A stretch of DNA of 54,143 bases from an uncultured Planctomycetia bacterium (GTDB lineage Bacteria; Omnitrophota; Gorgyraeia; 2-02-FULL-51-18), in the NCBI GenBank assembly GCA_964431835.1, contig CAYSKO010000012.1:1-54143 (forward strand), given 5' to 3'. The stretch's first letter is position 1. Every line of letters begins with the position of its first letter. The position numbers and the translations under genes were made by a program. The notes under the pieces are model-generated. The model did no database searches and was not told where the DNA came from. It was given only the letters and a program-made list of their open reading frames with translations. This document shows, piece after piece, positions 28,599-38,381 of the stretch.

Positions 28599-28940
28599 TT
28601 ACCGGAGGAAAAGCCTCTGGACCCCGTGGCGCCTGAAACGGTTCTTAGATCCCGCCTTTTCGTCCATCGGCGCCCAACGAAATCCCTGCCCCGCGTCTTC
28701 GCGTCCCGCGTACGAGGCTAATTCCTCGACCGAATCGATATAAAGCGTCGGTGAATCCGACGGCTCGTTGGTCACGTCCTCGGCCAATTGCCGGCGGACG
28801 ATTTCGATCGAACGTTCCTGCGCGGCCTTCGAATCCACGGCCTCGACGAAACGTGTCGCCGAAAAACAGTAGCGCCGCGTCGTGGCGCCCGATCGGAGAC
28901 AAAAATTTTCCCCGGCCAATACGATCTTGAAGATCGCCAC
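28599..28940 (-). CDS. Small hypothetical protein (about 113 aa)
   Basis: GTG start 10 nt after the ispE stop. It fills the ispE-tRNA gap with a protein-like sequence (FKIVLAGENF...FSATRFVEA...NEPSDSPTLYI). Function unknown. Confidence 0.6.
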   Translation of the reverse strand: MAIFKIVLAGENFCLRSGATTRRYCFSATRFVEAVDSKAAQERSIEIVRRQLAEDVTNEPSDSPTLYIDSVEELASYAGREDAGQGFRWAPMDEKAGSKNRFRRHGVQRLFLR

Positions 28941-28950
28941 CTGCACCCCG

Positions 28951-29847
28951 CTAAAACGTGGAAACGACGAAGGTTTTCCAATCGCGGTGAACTTGTCGAA
29001 TCCCCCGCGCTGCCCGGACTGCCTGTCGTTTCGAAGAAAAAATCCCGAAGACGGTCGAGCCGCTCCCCGATAAAAGGGCCCCAAGGGCTCCCGATCGGAC
29101 GAGCTCTTCCTTGATCTTCCGGATTGTCCCAACCCTATGAGTTAGAGTGACTTCCAGACTATTGAACAAGAGCTGCGAAACACGCTCCGAATCGCTCTTG
29201 CGAACGGAGTGGAGCAACAGAATAGCATCGGCCTTAGGGGGTGTCAAGGAAGAAGCCCCCAGCGAACCGTACGCTTCTCGAGTGGAAATCCCGAAAGGCG
29301 GCTTGACCAAAACGTGCCAAATTTCGGGCTTTTTTCCGGGCAAAGCGCGCAGTTTCTCTCCCCGTCCCCGGCCGATCGCGTAGGGCCGGTCGAGGCAGAA
29401 AAAAGCGACGTCGGAGCCTATTTCGGCGCCGAGGCGCACGAGTGCAGGCCTGGAAAGGCCGAGTCTCCAAAGACGGTTCAGCCCAATGAGGACGGAAGCG
29501 GCGTTCGAGGAGCCGCCGCCCAGCCCCGCTTCGGTGGGGATGCGCTTCTTCAAGCGGATACGCACCCCCTTCGTGACGCCCAAGCGTTCGCGAAAAAGAA
29601 GCGCCGCGCGGCAGGCAAGATTCTTTTCGTCGCGCGGAAGGCCGTAGGCGTTTCCGACGAGACTCACTCCCGAAGGAGCCTTCTCAAGGATAACTTCGTC
29701 GCACAAGCTCACGCGCTCGAAGAGCGTCTCCAACTCGTGAAAGCCGTCCGACCGCTTCCCGAGGACGCGCAGGTATAGGTTTACCTTGGCCGGCGAAAGG
29801 ACGCGGAGCCGCCCGCCGGAAGCGGTGGAAAGGAGTTTCGATTTCAA
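28951..29847 (-). CDS. ispE: 4-diphosphocytidyl-2-C-methyl-D-erythritol kinase
   Basis: PAKVNLYL.VLGKR.DGFHEL, KRIP..AGLGGGSSNAA, GSDV.FF, LSGSGSTVFG. Confidence 0.96.
   Translation of the reverse strand: MKSKLLSTASGGRLRVLSPAKVNLYLRVLGKRSDGFHELETLFERVSLCDEVILEKAPSGVSLVGNAYGLPRDEKNLACRAALLFRERLGVTKGVRIRLKKRIPTEAGLGGGSSNAASVLIGLNRLWRLGLSRPALVRLGAEIGSDVAFFCLDRPYAIGRGRGEKLRALPGKKPEIWHVLVKPPFGISTREAYGSLGASSLTPPKADAILLLHSVRKSDSERVSQLLFNSLEVTLTHRVGTIRKIKEELVRSGALGALLSGSGSTVFGIFSSKRQAVRAARGIRQVHRDWKTFVVSTF
29219..29247 (-). promoter_or_regulatory. Internal sigma70 promoter inside ispE
   Basis: Minus strand TTGACA-17 bp-TATTCT with an extended -10 TG, pointing towards tRNA-Gln-clpX-glmU-prs. Confidence 0.65.
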
Positions 29848-29856
29848 CGGAAAGGA

Positions 29857-30786
29857 TTATTCCTGCGGGAGGGCGAAGCCGAAGAGCTTGAAGGCTTCCT
29901 GGATCGACTGAGACTCGGAGAGAAAACGCTCGATGATCTGGCCTTCGTCGATCATTTTCGTCTGGTAATCGGCGAACGTCTGCTTATTAAGAACGAGCTT
30001 TAAGCGGTTCAGGTAATCCTGGATCTCGACCGCGTCGAAGCCTTCGAAACGGTAACCGCCGAGGACGTCGTTTACCACCTTAAAGACATTGAGGACCGTC
30101 GAGTGCGGATCCTCCGAAGATTTGAGTCCGATCACCGAGAAACGGAACACACGGCGGCCGTCGGCCTCGTCGAACGCGCCGTCGACGAGCGCGAAGGCGC
30201 TCGCCTCGTCCTTGGCGTCCTTCGAGAAACTGAAACGGACGCGCTGGACGATCTGCTCCGTGAGGAAGATTTCCTTCCGCACTTCCTTCAGCGTGAAATC
30301 CTTCTCCCCGCCGGGCTCGGGCGCGTACTTGCCCTGGCTGAAAAGCGTTCGGTTGATCGATTCCTCGATCCCGATCGCGTCGGCGTTGGCGCGCTTGGTG
30401 TCATCGAGCGAACGCGTGATCGTCAGCTCGTTCAGGTTTTTACGGTCCCGGAGGATCACCGTGCAGAATTCGACCCGCAGATCAGTCGAGAGCGAGACGC
30501 GGGTGACGACCTGCATCACCTTCCCCATCTGCTCGTGGACTTCCTTCGGAACCTGGCCTTTCGCATCGAGCAACTCGTCCAGATAGAGGACGGCACCAAC
30601 CGTAAGGCCGACGACGCGTGCGGTCACGTCGAGTTTGTATTCCTTCTTGCAGATCGATTCGATCGAGGACGGGACGGAATCGGCGGGGTAGGTATATTTC
30701 GGCCCGCAGCCGGCCGTAAAAACGGCGGCTGCGAGCGCGAAAACGAGGGCGAACGTTGAGAACGCCCGATCAGACCTTCGGAACAT
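29857..30786 (-). CDS. Hypothetical lipoprotein
   Basis: Basic N-terminus, hydrophobic stretch and lipobox-like TAGC; host-like codon usage; overlaps the end of the FtsH-like gene. Confidence 0.7.
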   Translation of the reverse strand: MFRRSDRAFSTFALVFALAAAVFTAGCGPKYTYPADSVPSSIESICKKEYKLDVTARVVGLTVGAVLYLDELLDAKGQVPKEVHEQMGKVMQVVTRVSLSTDLRVEFCTVILRDRKNLNELTITRSLDDTKRANADAIGIEESINRTLFSQGKYAPEPGGEKDFTLKEVRKEIFLTEQIVQRVRFSFSKDAKDEASAFALVDGAFDEADGRRVFRFSVIGLKSSEDPHSTVLNVFKVVNDVLGGYRFEGFDAVEIQDYLNRLKLVLNKQTFADYQTKMIDEGQIIERFLSESQSIQEAFKLFGFALPQE

Positions 30787-32404
30787 ACTTCGACGTGACG
30801 CGAGGATTCGACTTGCCGTATTCCTTGAAGATGGCTTCGATCTCATCGTAGTCGAGCTCTTTACGTTCGATAAGCTCCTTAGCGAAACGCTCGAAGATGT
30901 CGTTCTCTTTTTTAAGGAGGTCTTCGACGGTCTTCAAGCAGCTTTGGATGATTTCATGCGTCTCGGCGTTCAGCTTTTCCTTCACACCCTCGGAAAGCTG
31001 TTCCTTCGGGATGCTCATGTAGTCGCCGAGCGATTCCGTCTTGCCCATGCCGAGGCGCCATACCATGTTGTGCGCCAAACGCATCGCGTGCTGGAAGTCG
31101 CTCGAGACGCCGCTCGAGGTCACGGCGAACTTCGTCTTCTCGGCCGCGTAGCCGCCCAGAAGAACGCAGATCTCGGCGAGGAACCAGTCCTTGTTCCGGA
31201 ACATCTCGTCCTCGATCGGTAAGGAGTAGGTCACGCCGCCAGCCGAGCCGCGCGGGATGATCGACGCCTTGAACACGTCGTCGGTCGGATGCATGAGGTA
31301 AGTGACGATGAGGTGGCCCGTCTCGTGGTACGCGGTGATGCGGGCTTCCTTCTCGCTGACCTTCTTTGACTTCTTGAGGCCGAGGTCGACGCGCTCCATG
31401 GCTTCCGAGAGATCCTGGGACGTCACGACGTCGCGCTTGTTGCGCGTGGCGATAAGCGCCGCCTCCTTCGTGATGTTCGAGATCTCGGCCGGGCTCTTCT
31501 GGACCGCCTTGCGGGCCAGGCGAGCGATGTCGAGCGACGGGTCGAACTTGATCTTCGAGAGGTAGTAGCGGAAAAGCTCCTCGCGTTCAACGAGGTCCGG
31601 TTTTTCGACGAAGATCTTACGGTCGAAACGGCCGGGACGAAGAAGTGCTTCGTCGAGCGAATCCTCGGACGCGTTGGTCGCGCCGATGACGATGACGTTC
31701 TCTTCCTTGTCGCCGAGGCCGTCCATCTCCGCCAAAAGCTGGTTCTGCGTGGAGTTGGTTTCCTCGGTGCCGCCGAAGGCCGAGAACACGCGCTTGCGAC
31801 CGACCGCGTCGATTTCGTCGAGGAAGATGATACAGCCGCCTTCCGCGTACGCCAGACGACGGGCCTTCTGGAAGAGCTGGCGGACGCGCGAGGCGCCGAC
31901 GCCGACGAACACTTCCACGAATTCCGCGCCCGACATCGAGATGAACGGAACGCCGGCTTCGGTCGCGATCGCTTTGGCGAGATACGTCTTGCCGCAGCCG
32001 GGAGGCCCCATCATCAACATGCCTCGGATGATGCTGCCGCCGATCTTCTTCACGCGCTGGCGATCCTTGATGAGGTCAACAAGTTCCTTGGCCTCGATCT
32101 TGGCGCCTTCCATTCCAATGACGTCCTTCCACTTGATATTCACGCGATCGGCCTTCACCTGATTCTTTTTGAGCTTCTGAAGGCCGCCCTGAAGAACCCA
32201 CGAGTAAAGAACGACGAAGATGACCGCGCTGATCGTGGCCTGGAGACCCATCGTCGAAAGCCAGGCGACCATGTACGACCGCTGGTACGAATCGATGGAA
32301 CCTAACGCCGCCATCGGGATCCAGAAGATGAAAATCGTCCACGCGACGACGGCCAGCTTGACCCAGTGGTTCCACCAGAAAAGCTTAAGTCTTCTCCAAA
32401 ACAC
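30770..32404 (-). CDS. FtsH-family ATP-dependent zinc metalloprotease (compact form)
   Basis: Two N-terminal TM segments, GPPGCGKT, FVEVFVGVGASRVR, FLDEID, LLRPGRFDR, HETGH. Confidence 0.9.
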   Translation of the reverse strand: MFWRRLKLFWWNHWVKLAVVAWTIFIFWIPMAALGSIDSYQRSYMVAWLSTMGLQATISAVIFVVLYSWVLQGGLQKLKKNQVKADRVNIKWKDVIGMEGAKIEAKELVDLIKDRQRVKKIGGSIIRGMLMMGPPGCGKTYLAKAIATEAGVPFISMSGAEFVEVFVGVGASRVRQLFQKARRLAYAEGGCIIFLDEIDAVGRKRVFSAFGGTEETNSTQNQLLAEMDGLGDKEENVIVIGATNASEDSLDEALLRPGRFDRKIFVEKPDLVEREELFRYYLSKIKFDPSLDIARLARKAVQKSPAEISNITKEAALIATRNKRDVVTSQDLSEAMERVDLGLKKSKKVSEKEARITAYHETGHLIVTYLMHPTDDVFKASIIPRGSAGGVTYSLPIEDEMFRNKDWFLAEICVLLGGYAAEKTKFAVTSSGVSSDFQHAMRLAHNMVWRLGMGKTESLGDYMSIPKEQLSEGVKEKLNAETHEIIQSCLKTVEDLLKKENDIFERFAKELIERKELDYDEIEAIFKEYGKSNPRVTSKYVPKV

Positions 32405-32475
32405 GGGTTTCCTCTTTTCCTTTTAAACCTTTAAAAAAGGTTCGACAAGGCGGGCGCCTGTCCCGCAAGCCTTAG

Positions 32476-32506
32476 AAAAAAAAGCGGGTGTTTAACGGTC
32501 CCGCTT
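32476..32506 (-). terminator. Intrinsic terminator after the small basic ORF
   Basis: Minus strand AAGCGGG-loop (containing the TAA stop)-CCCGCTT followed by a T run. Confidence 0.6.
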
Positions 32507-32587
32507 CTTGTGTCTGTCGCGACGGCGGCGCTTCTTGCGCTTATGGACCGCCATCTTGTGCCGCTTGCGCTTACGTCCGCAGGGCAT
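32492..32587 (-). CDS. 31-aa highly basic protein, bS22 / AURKAIP1-COX24 (mS38)-like small ribosomal protein
   Basis: Manual translation MPCGRKRKRHKMAVHKRKKRRRRDRHKKRDR*, with GAGGAG RBS and its own terminator; too short for the supplied ORF track. Confidence 0.85.
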   Translation of the reverse strand: MPCGRKRKRHKMAVHKRKKRRRRDRHKKRDR

Positions 32588-32602
32588 TCGCTGCTCCTCT
32601 TG

Positions 32603-33490
32603 TTAGTATATCACCTTGTTCAAAGGGTACTCGATGATGCCTTCGGCTCCTGCTTCCTTGAGCTTGGGAATCAGCGATCGAACCACTTTCTCGTCGATCA
32701 CGGTCTCGATGGCAAACCAACCGGTCGACGAGAGACCGGAAACCGTCGGAGTCTTCATGGCCGGTAAAAGCGAGATGATCGACTGGAGGCTGCCCTCCGG
32801 AACGTTCATCTTGAGACCGACCTTCGCCTCGGCGTGGATCGCTCCCAGAAGGAGCATCGCCACGTGCTGCATTTTCTGTTTCTTCTTCGCGTCGGTCCAC
32901 GCCTTCTTGTTGGCGATGAACTGAGTGGTCGAGTGGCAGAGCGTCTCGACGATGCGTAAATTGTTGGCTCGCAAGGAGGAGCCGGTCTCGGTGATGTCCA
33001 CGATGGCGTCGACGAGGCCCGAGCCGACTTTCACTTCGGTCGCCCCCCAGCTAAATTCGACGTCCGCGGTCACTCCCCGCTCCTTCAAATACTTCTCGGT
33101 GAAACCCTTAAGCTCCGTCGCGACGCGCTTTCCCTGAAGATCCTTAGAAGATTGGATGGGGGAATCGTTCGGAACCGCGAGCACCCAGCGGACGGCGTTC
33201 ATGCCGGTTTTGGCATACTGCATCTCCTGAACGCGGACGACGTCGGAGCCGTTTTCGAGGATCCAATCTTCGCCGGTGATACCGCAGTCCAGTGCGCCGT
33301 CCTCGACGTACCGGGACATCTCCTGTGCACGGATCAGCACACACTCGATGTCCTCGTCGTCTATATAAGGGAAGTAGGAACGGGAGCTGACATTGATATT
33401 GAAGCCGGCTTTTTTGAAGATCTTGAAGGTCGATTCCTGGAGACTGCCTTTCGGAAGACCTAGCTTCAACTTGAACTTTGTTTCGGGCAC
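32603..33490 (-). CDS. hisG: ATP phosphoribosyltransferase (long form)
   Basis: [46 protein letters not shown]-terminal regulatory domain. Confidence 0.96.
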   Translation of the reverse strand: MPETKFKLKLGLPKGSLQESTFKIFKKAGFNINVSSRSYFPYIDDEDIECVLIRAQEMSRYVEDGALDCGITGEDWILENGSDVVRVQEMQYAKTGMNAVRWVLAVPNDSPIQSSKDLQGKRVATELKGFTEKYLKERGVTADVEFSWGATEVKVGSGLVDAIVDITETGSSLRANNLRIVETLCHSTTQFIANKKAWTDAKKKQKMQHVAMLLLGAIHAEAKVGLKMNVPEGSLQSIISLLPAMKTPTVSGLSSTGWFAIETVIDEKVVRSLIPKLKEAGAEGIIEYPLNKVIY

Positions 33491-33582
33491 GGAATCCTTT
33501 TTTTTAAACCTAATAAAACCTATGTTGTTGTAATCAAATAAGTTGCAATAAGCCTTTTTCGGGGCTTATTTATGCTTAACGA

Positions 33583-33611
33583 AGTATAACATGGCTCATG
33601 GGGGGTGTCAA
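33583..33611 (-). promoter_or_regulatory. Sigma70 promoter for hisG and the bS22-like ORF
   Basis: Minus strand TTGACA-17 bp-TATACT with an extended -10 TG. Confidence 0.75.
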
Positions 33612-33680
33612 TTGACGCTCCACGACAGCCCTATCCGAAAGCGGTGGATTCTTCGGCCGATTCAGGTATAATGCGGGGTC

Positions 33681-35099
33681 ATGCTCACCTTCTTCCGGAA
33701 CCAAAAGAACAAGAAAGCCATTTACTGGGTGCTCGCGCTCATCGTGATCCCGTCGTTCCTGATCACGGGAGTCGTGCTCTGGTCCCCCGGCGAGCAGGCC
33801 CCGACCTCGCTCGGCAAAGTGGGCAAGCGGAGCGTCTCGGTCCAGGAATACCTCGGCGCCTACAAGGCCGTCCAGCATCACGCCGCAATGATCTACGGCG
33901 AAGAGTTCACCCGCATCCGCCGCCAGATCAATTGGAAGAGCGAAGCTTGGGACCGCATCCTTCTCCTGGAACACGCCAAGAAGGAAGGCATCCGTATCGG
34001 GGACAAGGAAGTGGTTGATTGGCTCCAGAACCAGCAGGTGTTCCGCCGGGGCGACGCGTTCGACCTCGAGCTCTACAAACGCTTCGTCGCCGAGATGATC
34101 GGCGAGTCGACCCGGCGCTTCGAGGAAGAAGTACGCCAAATCCTCACGATCAGGAAGCTCACCGAAGGCGTGCGCGGCGGCGTAAAAATCGACGACGAGG
34201 AACTAAAGGACCTTTACGCGCGCCGCCGTGGTTCGCGCGATCTAGCCTATGCGGTGGTCGCGTCCGACACGAAAACCCCCGCCGCCGAGATCAAAGACGA
34301 GGAGATCGTTCAGGCGTATGAAATTGTCAAAGACAAGCTCACAACTCCGGTCCGCGTGAACCTTCAGTACGCGTTCGTGCCTGCCGCCGAAAAAGATTCG
34401 AAGAAAGCGGCGCTCGAAGACGGCGGCTCTTTAGCGGAAATCACCCAAAAGCACAAGCTCGTTCTCGCCGAGACCGGCGCCTTCTCCGCGAACGAACGCG
34501 TCCCCGACGCGCTCGCCGGCGCGGACACCGCGCTCGCTCAAGGGTTCTCGCTCGCCGAAGGCGCGGAGAGCGCATGGGTCGAGACCCCGAAGGGATTTTT
34601 CAAGATGAAGTCGCTGCAGCGCGAGGCGGAACGCACCCTCTCCCCCGAAGAATCCAAGGAGATGCTCAAGTCGCTTCTCGTCCGCGACAAGGCGCGCGAG
34701 AGCGCAATGAAGACGCTGCGCGATCTCAAAACCGCGATCGACGAAAAAGGCTTCGAGAAGGCTCTGGCCGAGGCGAAGATCGAAGTGAGGACCTTCCCGA
34801 GCTACGACCCCTCGAAAACGGTGCCGGGGCTCGACGCGCCCGTCCTGCCTCGCGTGGCGACGGCGCTCAAGGCCGGAGAGACGTCGGAGCCGTTCGAGAC
34901 GACCGGCGGCGCGGCGATCGTGAAGATCTTGAAGGACGCGCCGCTCGACGCCGCCCTTTTCGAGCAGGAAAAAAGTTCTTTCCGCAACGAAGCGCTAGAA
35001 GAAAAGACGGCCGCGGCGATGGACGCGCTCCTCGGTGATCTTCGCAAGAACTTAAAGGTCGACGTCGAGACGATGGAGAAAATCTTCCCCCGCACCTGA
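33681..35099 (+). CDS. PpiD/SurA-N-domain membrane-anchored periplasmic chaperone
   Basis: MLTFFRNQK + TM anchor, ILLLEHAKKEGIRIGDKEV...F...D.FDLELYK SurA_N-like domain, degenerate parvulin-like C-terminal part; TATAAT at 33667-33672. Confidence 0.75.
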   Translation: MLTFFRNQKNKKAIYWVLALIVIPSFLITGVVLWSPGEQAPTSLGKVGKRSVSVQEYLGAYKAVQHHAAMIYGEEFTRIRRQINWKSEAWDRILLLEHAKKEGIRIGDKEVVDWLQNQQVFRRGDAFDLELYKRFVAEMIGESTRRFEEEVRQILTIRKLTEGVRGGVKIDDEELKDLYARRRGSRDLAYAVVASDTKTPAAEIKDEEIVQAYEIVKDKLTTPVRVNLQYAFVPAAEKDSKKAALEDGGSLAEITQKHKLVLAETGAFSANERVPDALAGADTALAQGFSLAEGAESAWVETPKGFFKMKSLQREAERTLSPEESKEMLKSLLVRDKARESAMKTLRDLKTAIDEKGFEKALAEAKIEVRTFPSYDPSKTVPGLDAPVLPRVATALKAGETSEPFETTGGAAIVKILKDAPLDAALFEQEKSSFRNEALEEKTAAAMDALLGDLRKNLKVDVETMEKIFPRT

Positions 35100-35116
35100 T
35101 CCTTTTCGAAGGCATT

Positions 35117-35153
35117 AAAAAACCCCCGTCTTATACAAGACGGGGGTTTTTTT
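35117..35153. terminator. Bidirectional intrinsic terminator
   Basis: AAAAAACCCCCGTCTT-atac-AAGACGGGGGTTTTTTT between convergent genes. Confidence 0.9.
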
Positions 35154-35171
35154 ACGTCCGGTAGGAACTTT

Positions 35172-35630
35172 TTATTCGCGCTTGCGGAGAAGGTCCTTGA
35201 GCTCGCCCATGAACTGGTTGATGTCCTTGAACTGGCGGTAGACCGAGGCGAAACGCACGTAGGCAACCTCGTCGAGTTTATGCAGATGCTCCATCACAAG
35301 CTCACCCACCACCTGCGCTTTCACTTCCTTGTCGAAGCTCTTCTGCAGTTCCTTCTCGACTTTGTCCACGACGGCCTCGAGCCGCTCCATGCTGACCGGA
35401 CGCTTCTCGCAGGCCTTGAGTATCCCCGAGATGATCTTGTTACGGTCGAACGCCTCGCGGCGGCCGTCCTTCTTGATCACCATGAGCGGGATCTCTTCGA
35501 TGTACTCGTAGGTCGTGAAGCGGCGCTTGCATTTGATGCATTCCCGACGACGGCGAACGCTGCGGTCCTCGTTGGAAGAACGCGAGTCGATGACTTTGTC
35601 CTCCGTGAACCCGCAGAAGGGGCATTTCAT
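35172..35630 (-). CDS. nrdR: Transcriptional repressor NrdR
   Basis: MKCPFC...VIDSR...RRRREC..C..RFTTYE, ATP cone, [12 protein letters not shown]. Confidence 0.97.
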   Translation of the reverse strand: MKCPFCGFTEDKVIDSRSSNEDRSVRRRRECIKCKRRFTTYEYIEEIPLMVIKKDGRREAFDRNKIISGILKACEKRPVSMERLEAVVDKVEKELQKSFDKEVKAQVVGELVMEHLHKLDEVAYVRFASVYRQFKDINQFMGELKDLLRKRE

Positions 35631-35632
35631 CT

Positions 35633-36934
35633 TTAGGCGTGGACCCCTTTGGGTGCCTGCGCGGCCGTCCCGCCGTTCTGCTCGATCTGACGCAGGAGCT
35701 CGGGGTAAAGCGGAAAGCGCTTCGTGAGCGCGCCGACGCGTTCGCGGACGCGCGCCACGACGGCTTCGTCGCCGGCGTACGAGAGGACCTCGTCGATGCA
35801 GGCACCGATCTCCGCCATTTCGGCGGTGCCCATGCCGCGCGTGGTGACCGCGGGCGTGCCCAGACGAATGCCGCCGGCCTTAAAGGGACTCTGCTTATCG
35901 AATGGGATCCCGTTCTTGTTCACCGTGATGCGCGCGTGATCGAGGAGGAGCGAACAATCCTTGCCGGTGAGGTTCTTCGGCTGGACGTCGACGAGCATCA
36001 AATGGTTGTCGGTGCCGCCGGAGACCAGGCGCCAGCCGCGCTTGGAAAGCTCGCCCGCGAGCGCCTTCGCGTTCTCGACGATCCGCTTCTGGTATTCCTT
36101 AAACGAAGGCTCGAGCGCTTCTTTCAGCGCGACCGCCTTGCCGGCGATCACGTGCATGAGCGGACCGCCCTGGAACGCCGGGAACACCTGCGAATCGATC
36201 TGCTTCGCCCACTTCTCGCGGCAGAGCACGAGGCCGCCGCGGGGACCGCGGAGCGTCTTGTGCGTGGTCGTCGTCACGAAATCCGCGTACGGGACCGGGC
36301 TCGGATGGATTCCGGCAGCGACGAGGCCCGCGATGTGCGCCATGTCGACGAAGAAGACCGCGCCGACCTTGTCGGCGATTTCCCGGAAGCGGGCGAAATC
36401 GATGATCCGGGGATAGGCGGAGGCGCCGGCCAGAATCATCTTCGGCTTGTGCTCGAGCGCGAGCCGTTCGATCTCCGCGTAGTCGATGCGTTCGTCCTTT
36501 TCGGAGACGCCGTACGGGACGATCTTGAAGAAACGGCCGGAGAAGTTCATCGGATGGCCGTGCGTCAGATGTCCGCCATGCGAGAGGTTCATCGCGAGCA
36601 CCGTATCGCCGGGTTCGAGGCACGCAAAATAGACTGCGGCGTTCGCCTGGGACCCGGAGTGGGGCTGCACATTCGCGTGCTCGGCGCCGAAAAGCTTCTT
36701 CGCGCGGTCGATCGCGAGGTTCTCCGCGACGTCGACCCATTCACACCCGCCGTACCAGCGTTTGTCGGGATAGCCTTCAGCGTACTTGTTCGTCAGCGTC
36801 GACCCGACCGCTTCCATCACAGCGAGACTCGTGAAATTCTCGCTCGCGATGAGCTCGATGTTCTCGTTCTGGCGGCGTGTCTCGCGGACGATCACGTCGT
36901 AGATCTCGGGATCCCGTTTTTTAAGCTCACTCAT
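35633..36934 (-). CDS. glyA: Serine hydroxymethyltransferase
   Basis: [47 protein letters not shown]. Confidence 0.98.
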   Translation of the reverse strand: MSELKKRDPEIYDVIVRETRRQNENIELIASENFTSLAVMEAVGSTLTNKYAEGYPDKRWYGGCEWVDVAENLAIDRAKKLFGAEHANVQPHSGSQANAAVYFACLEPGDTVLAMNLSHGGHLTHGHPMNFSGRFFKIVPYGVSEKDERIDYAEIERLALEHKPKMILAGASAYPRIIDFARFREIADKVGAVFFVDMAHIAGLVAAGIHPSPVPYADFVTTTTHKTLRGPRGGLVLCREKWAKQIDSQVFPAFQGGPLMHVIAGKAVALKEALEPSFKEYQKRIVENAKALAGELSKRGWRLVSGGTDNHLMLVDVQPKNLTGKDCSLLLDHARITVNKNGIPFDKQSPFKAGGIRLGTPAVTTRGMGTAEMAEIGACIDEVLSYAGDEAVVARVRERVGALTKRFPLYPELLRQIEQNGGTAAQAPKGVHA

Positions 36935-37416
36935 TTCTTGGCCTTGGCCTTTCCTTTTTTGGAAGGACGGCGAAGACCGGTCTCTTCCTCGATCTTGATG
37001 ATCTGGTCCACGCGCCGCTTGTGGCGGCCGCCTTCAAACTTGGTCTCGAGCCACGAACGGACGATAAGTTCGGGTTCGTCGAAGAGATGCTCCGAGCCGA
37101 GAACGAGGATGTTGGCGTCGTTGTGCTGGCGAGAGAGCATCGCCACGCTCTTGTCGAAACAGATCGCCGCGCGGACGTTGGGGAGCTTGTTCGCCGCCAT
37201 CGCCATCCCGTTTCCGCTCTTGCAGATGAGGACGCCCAAGTCGGCCTTGCCGTCGGAGACGGTCTTCGCCACCTTGTACGCGAACTTCGGGTAATCGCAG
37301 GGCTCGGCTGAATTCGTTCCGCAGTCGACGGTCTTATGGCCTTCGCCCGCGAGAAACTCTTTAATTTCGGCTTTCAAATCGTAGCCGCCGTGGTCGGCGC
37401 CGAGCGCGATTTTCAT
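36931..37416 (-). CDS. rpiB: Ribose-5-phosphate isomerase B
   Basis: GADHGG, DYP, IC.SGNG..MAANK, HNDANIL, FEGGRH.RRV. Confidence 0.95.
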   Translation of the reverse strand: MKIALGADHGGYDLKAEIKEFLAGEGHKTVDCGTNSAEPCDYPKFAYKVAKTVSDGKADLGVLICKSGNGMAMAANKLPNVRAAICFDKSVAMLSRQHNDANILVLGSEHLFDEPELIVRSWLETKFEGGRHKRRVDQIIKIEEETGLRRPSKKGKAKAKK

Positions 37417-37426
37417 GGCGTTTCTC

Positions 37427-37882
37427 CTAGAGGGTTTTTACGAGCTTCTCGACGCAGCGTCGGATCACGCCGAGGACGTTCTTGTAAAAGCTGGGCGACA
37501 TGCGAATCGGATCCGGGATGTCCTCCGGGGAACCGTACTCGTCGTTCTGGGCGAATTCCGAAAGGAGGTGCACCTTGCTCTCGGCTTCGGGCAGGACGCG
37601 CACGATCCAGTCTTTGTGAAGCTTCTCCATCACGTAGATCTTGTCCGCGCCATTCACCATTTCAGGCCGCAGACGCTGGCTCTGGTGGCCGGTCGCGTCG
37701 ATCCCCTCGTCCTCAAGAACCCGCACGGTGTCGGGGGTCGCCGCGAAACCGTCGGCCGCGCTGATCCCCGCCGACATCACGGCGAACTCTCCGACTCGCT
37801 TTTCGGTGAGGTGACGGAAAAGCGCCTCGGCCATGACCGAGCGGCAGCTGTTTCCGGTGCAGACGAAGAGAATGCGCTTCAA
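37427..37882 (-). CDS. Low-molecular-weight protein arginine/tyrosine phosphatase (YwlE-like)
   Basis: FVCTGNSCRS P-loop and DIPDP; conserved position before rpiB-glyA. Confidence 0.9.
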   Translation of the reverse strand: MKRILFVCTGNSCRSVMAEALFRHLTEKRVGEFAVMSAGISAADGFAATPDTVRVLEDEGIDATGHQSQRLRPEMVNGADKIYVMEKLHKDWIVRVLPEAESKVHLLSEFAQNDEYGSPEDIPDPIRMSPSFYKNVLGVIRRCVEKLVKTL

Positions 37883-38364
37883 ATGGGGTTTCCCTTAGCG
37901 AGAACCTTTTCGGCGTTCTTCTTCTTGAAGTCCACGAGGGCCTTCGAAAGCTTCTCGTCCTGGAGCGCGAGGATGCGGATAGCCAAATACGCCGCGTTCT
38001 TCGGGCCACCCCCGCCGACGGCGACGGTTCCGACCGGTGTTCCCGCGGGCATCTGGACGGTCGCAAGGAGAGCGTCGAGGCCGCCGAGTGGCGGCGTCTC
38101 GACGGGAATACCAATCACGGGGAGCTCGGTGTTGGCCGCTGTCACGCCGGCCAGGTGCGCGGCGCCGCCGGCGGCCGCGATGATCACTTTCACGCCCTTT
38201 CCTTTCGCGGCCTTCACGTATTCGGCGGCGGCGTCGGGCGTGCGATGAGCGGAAAGCACGCGCGATTCGTAAGGAACCCCGAATTCCTTCAGGACCTCGG
38301 CGCAGGGCCGCAGTTTTTCGGCGTCGGAATCACTTCCCATCAAAATCGCAACGATCGGATTCAT
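37879..38364 (-). CDS. purE: N5-CAIR mutase
   Basis: MGSDSD, SAHRTP, AGGAAHLAG, VQMP.G.PV. Confidence 0.96.
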   Translation of the reverse strand: MNPIVAILMGSDSDAEKLRPCAEVLKEFGVPYESRVLSAHRTPDAAAEYVKAAKGKGVKVIIAAAGGAAHLAGVTAANTELPVIGIPVETPPLGGLDALLATVQMPAGTPVGTVAVGGGGPKNAAYLAIRILALQDEKLSKALVDFKKKNAEKVLAKGNPI

Positions 38365-38381
38365 TTCGTTTCTCCCGTTTC

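Noticed and set aside
33491-33580. Histidine attenuator leader peptide
   Set aside because: No ATG-led His-rich ORF in the hisG leader.
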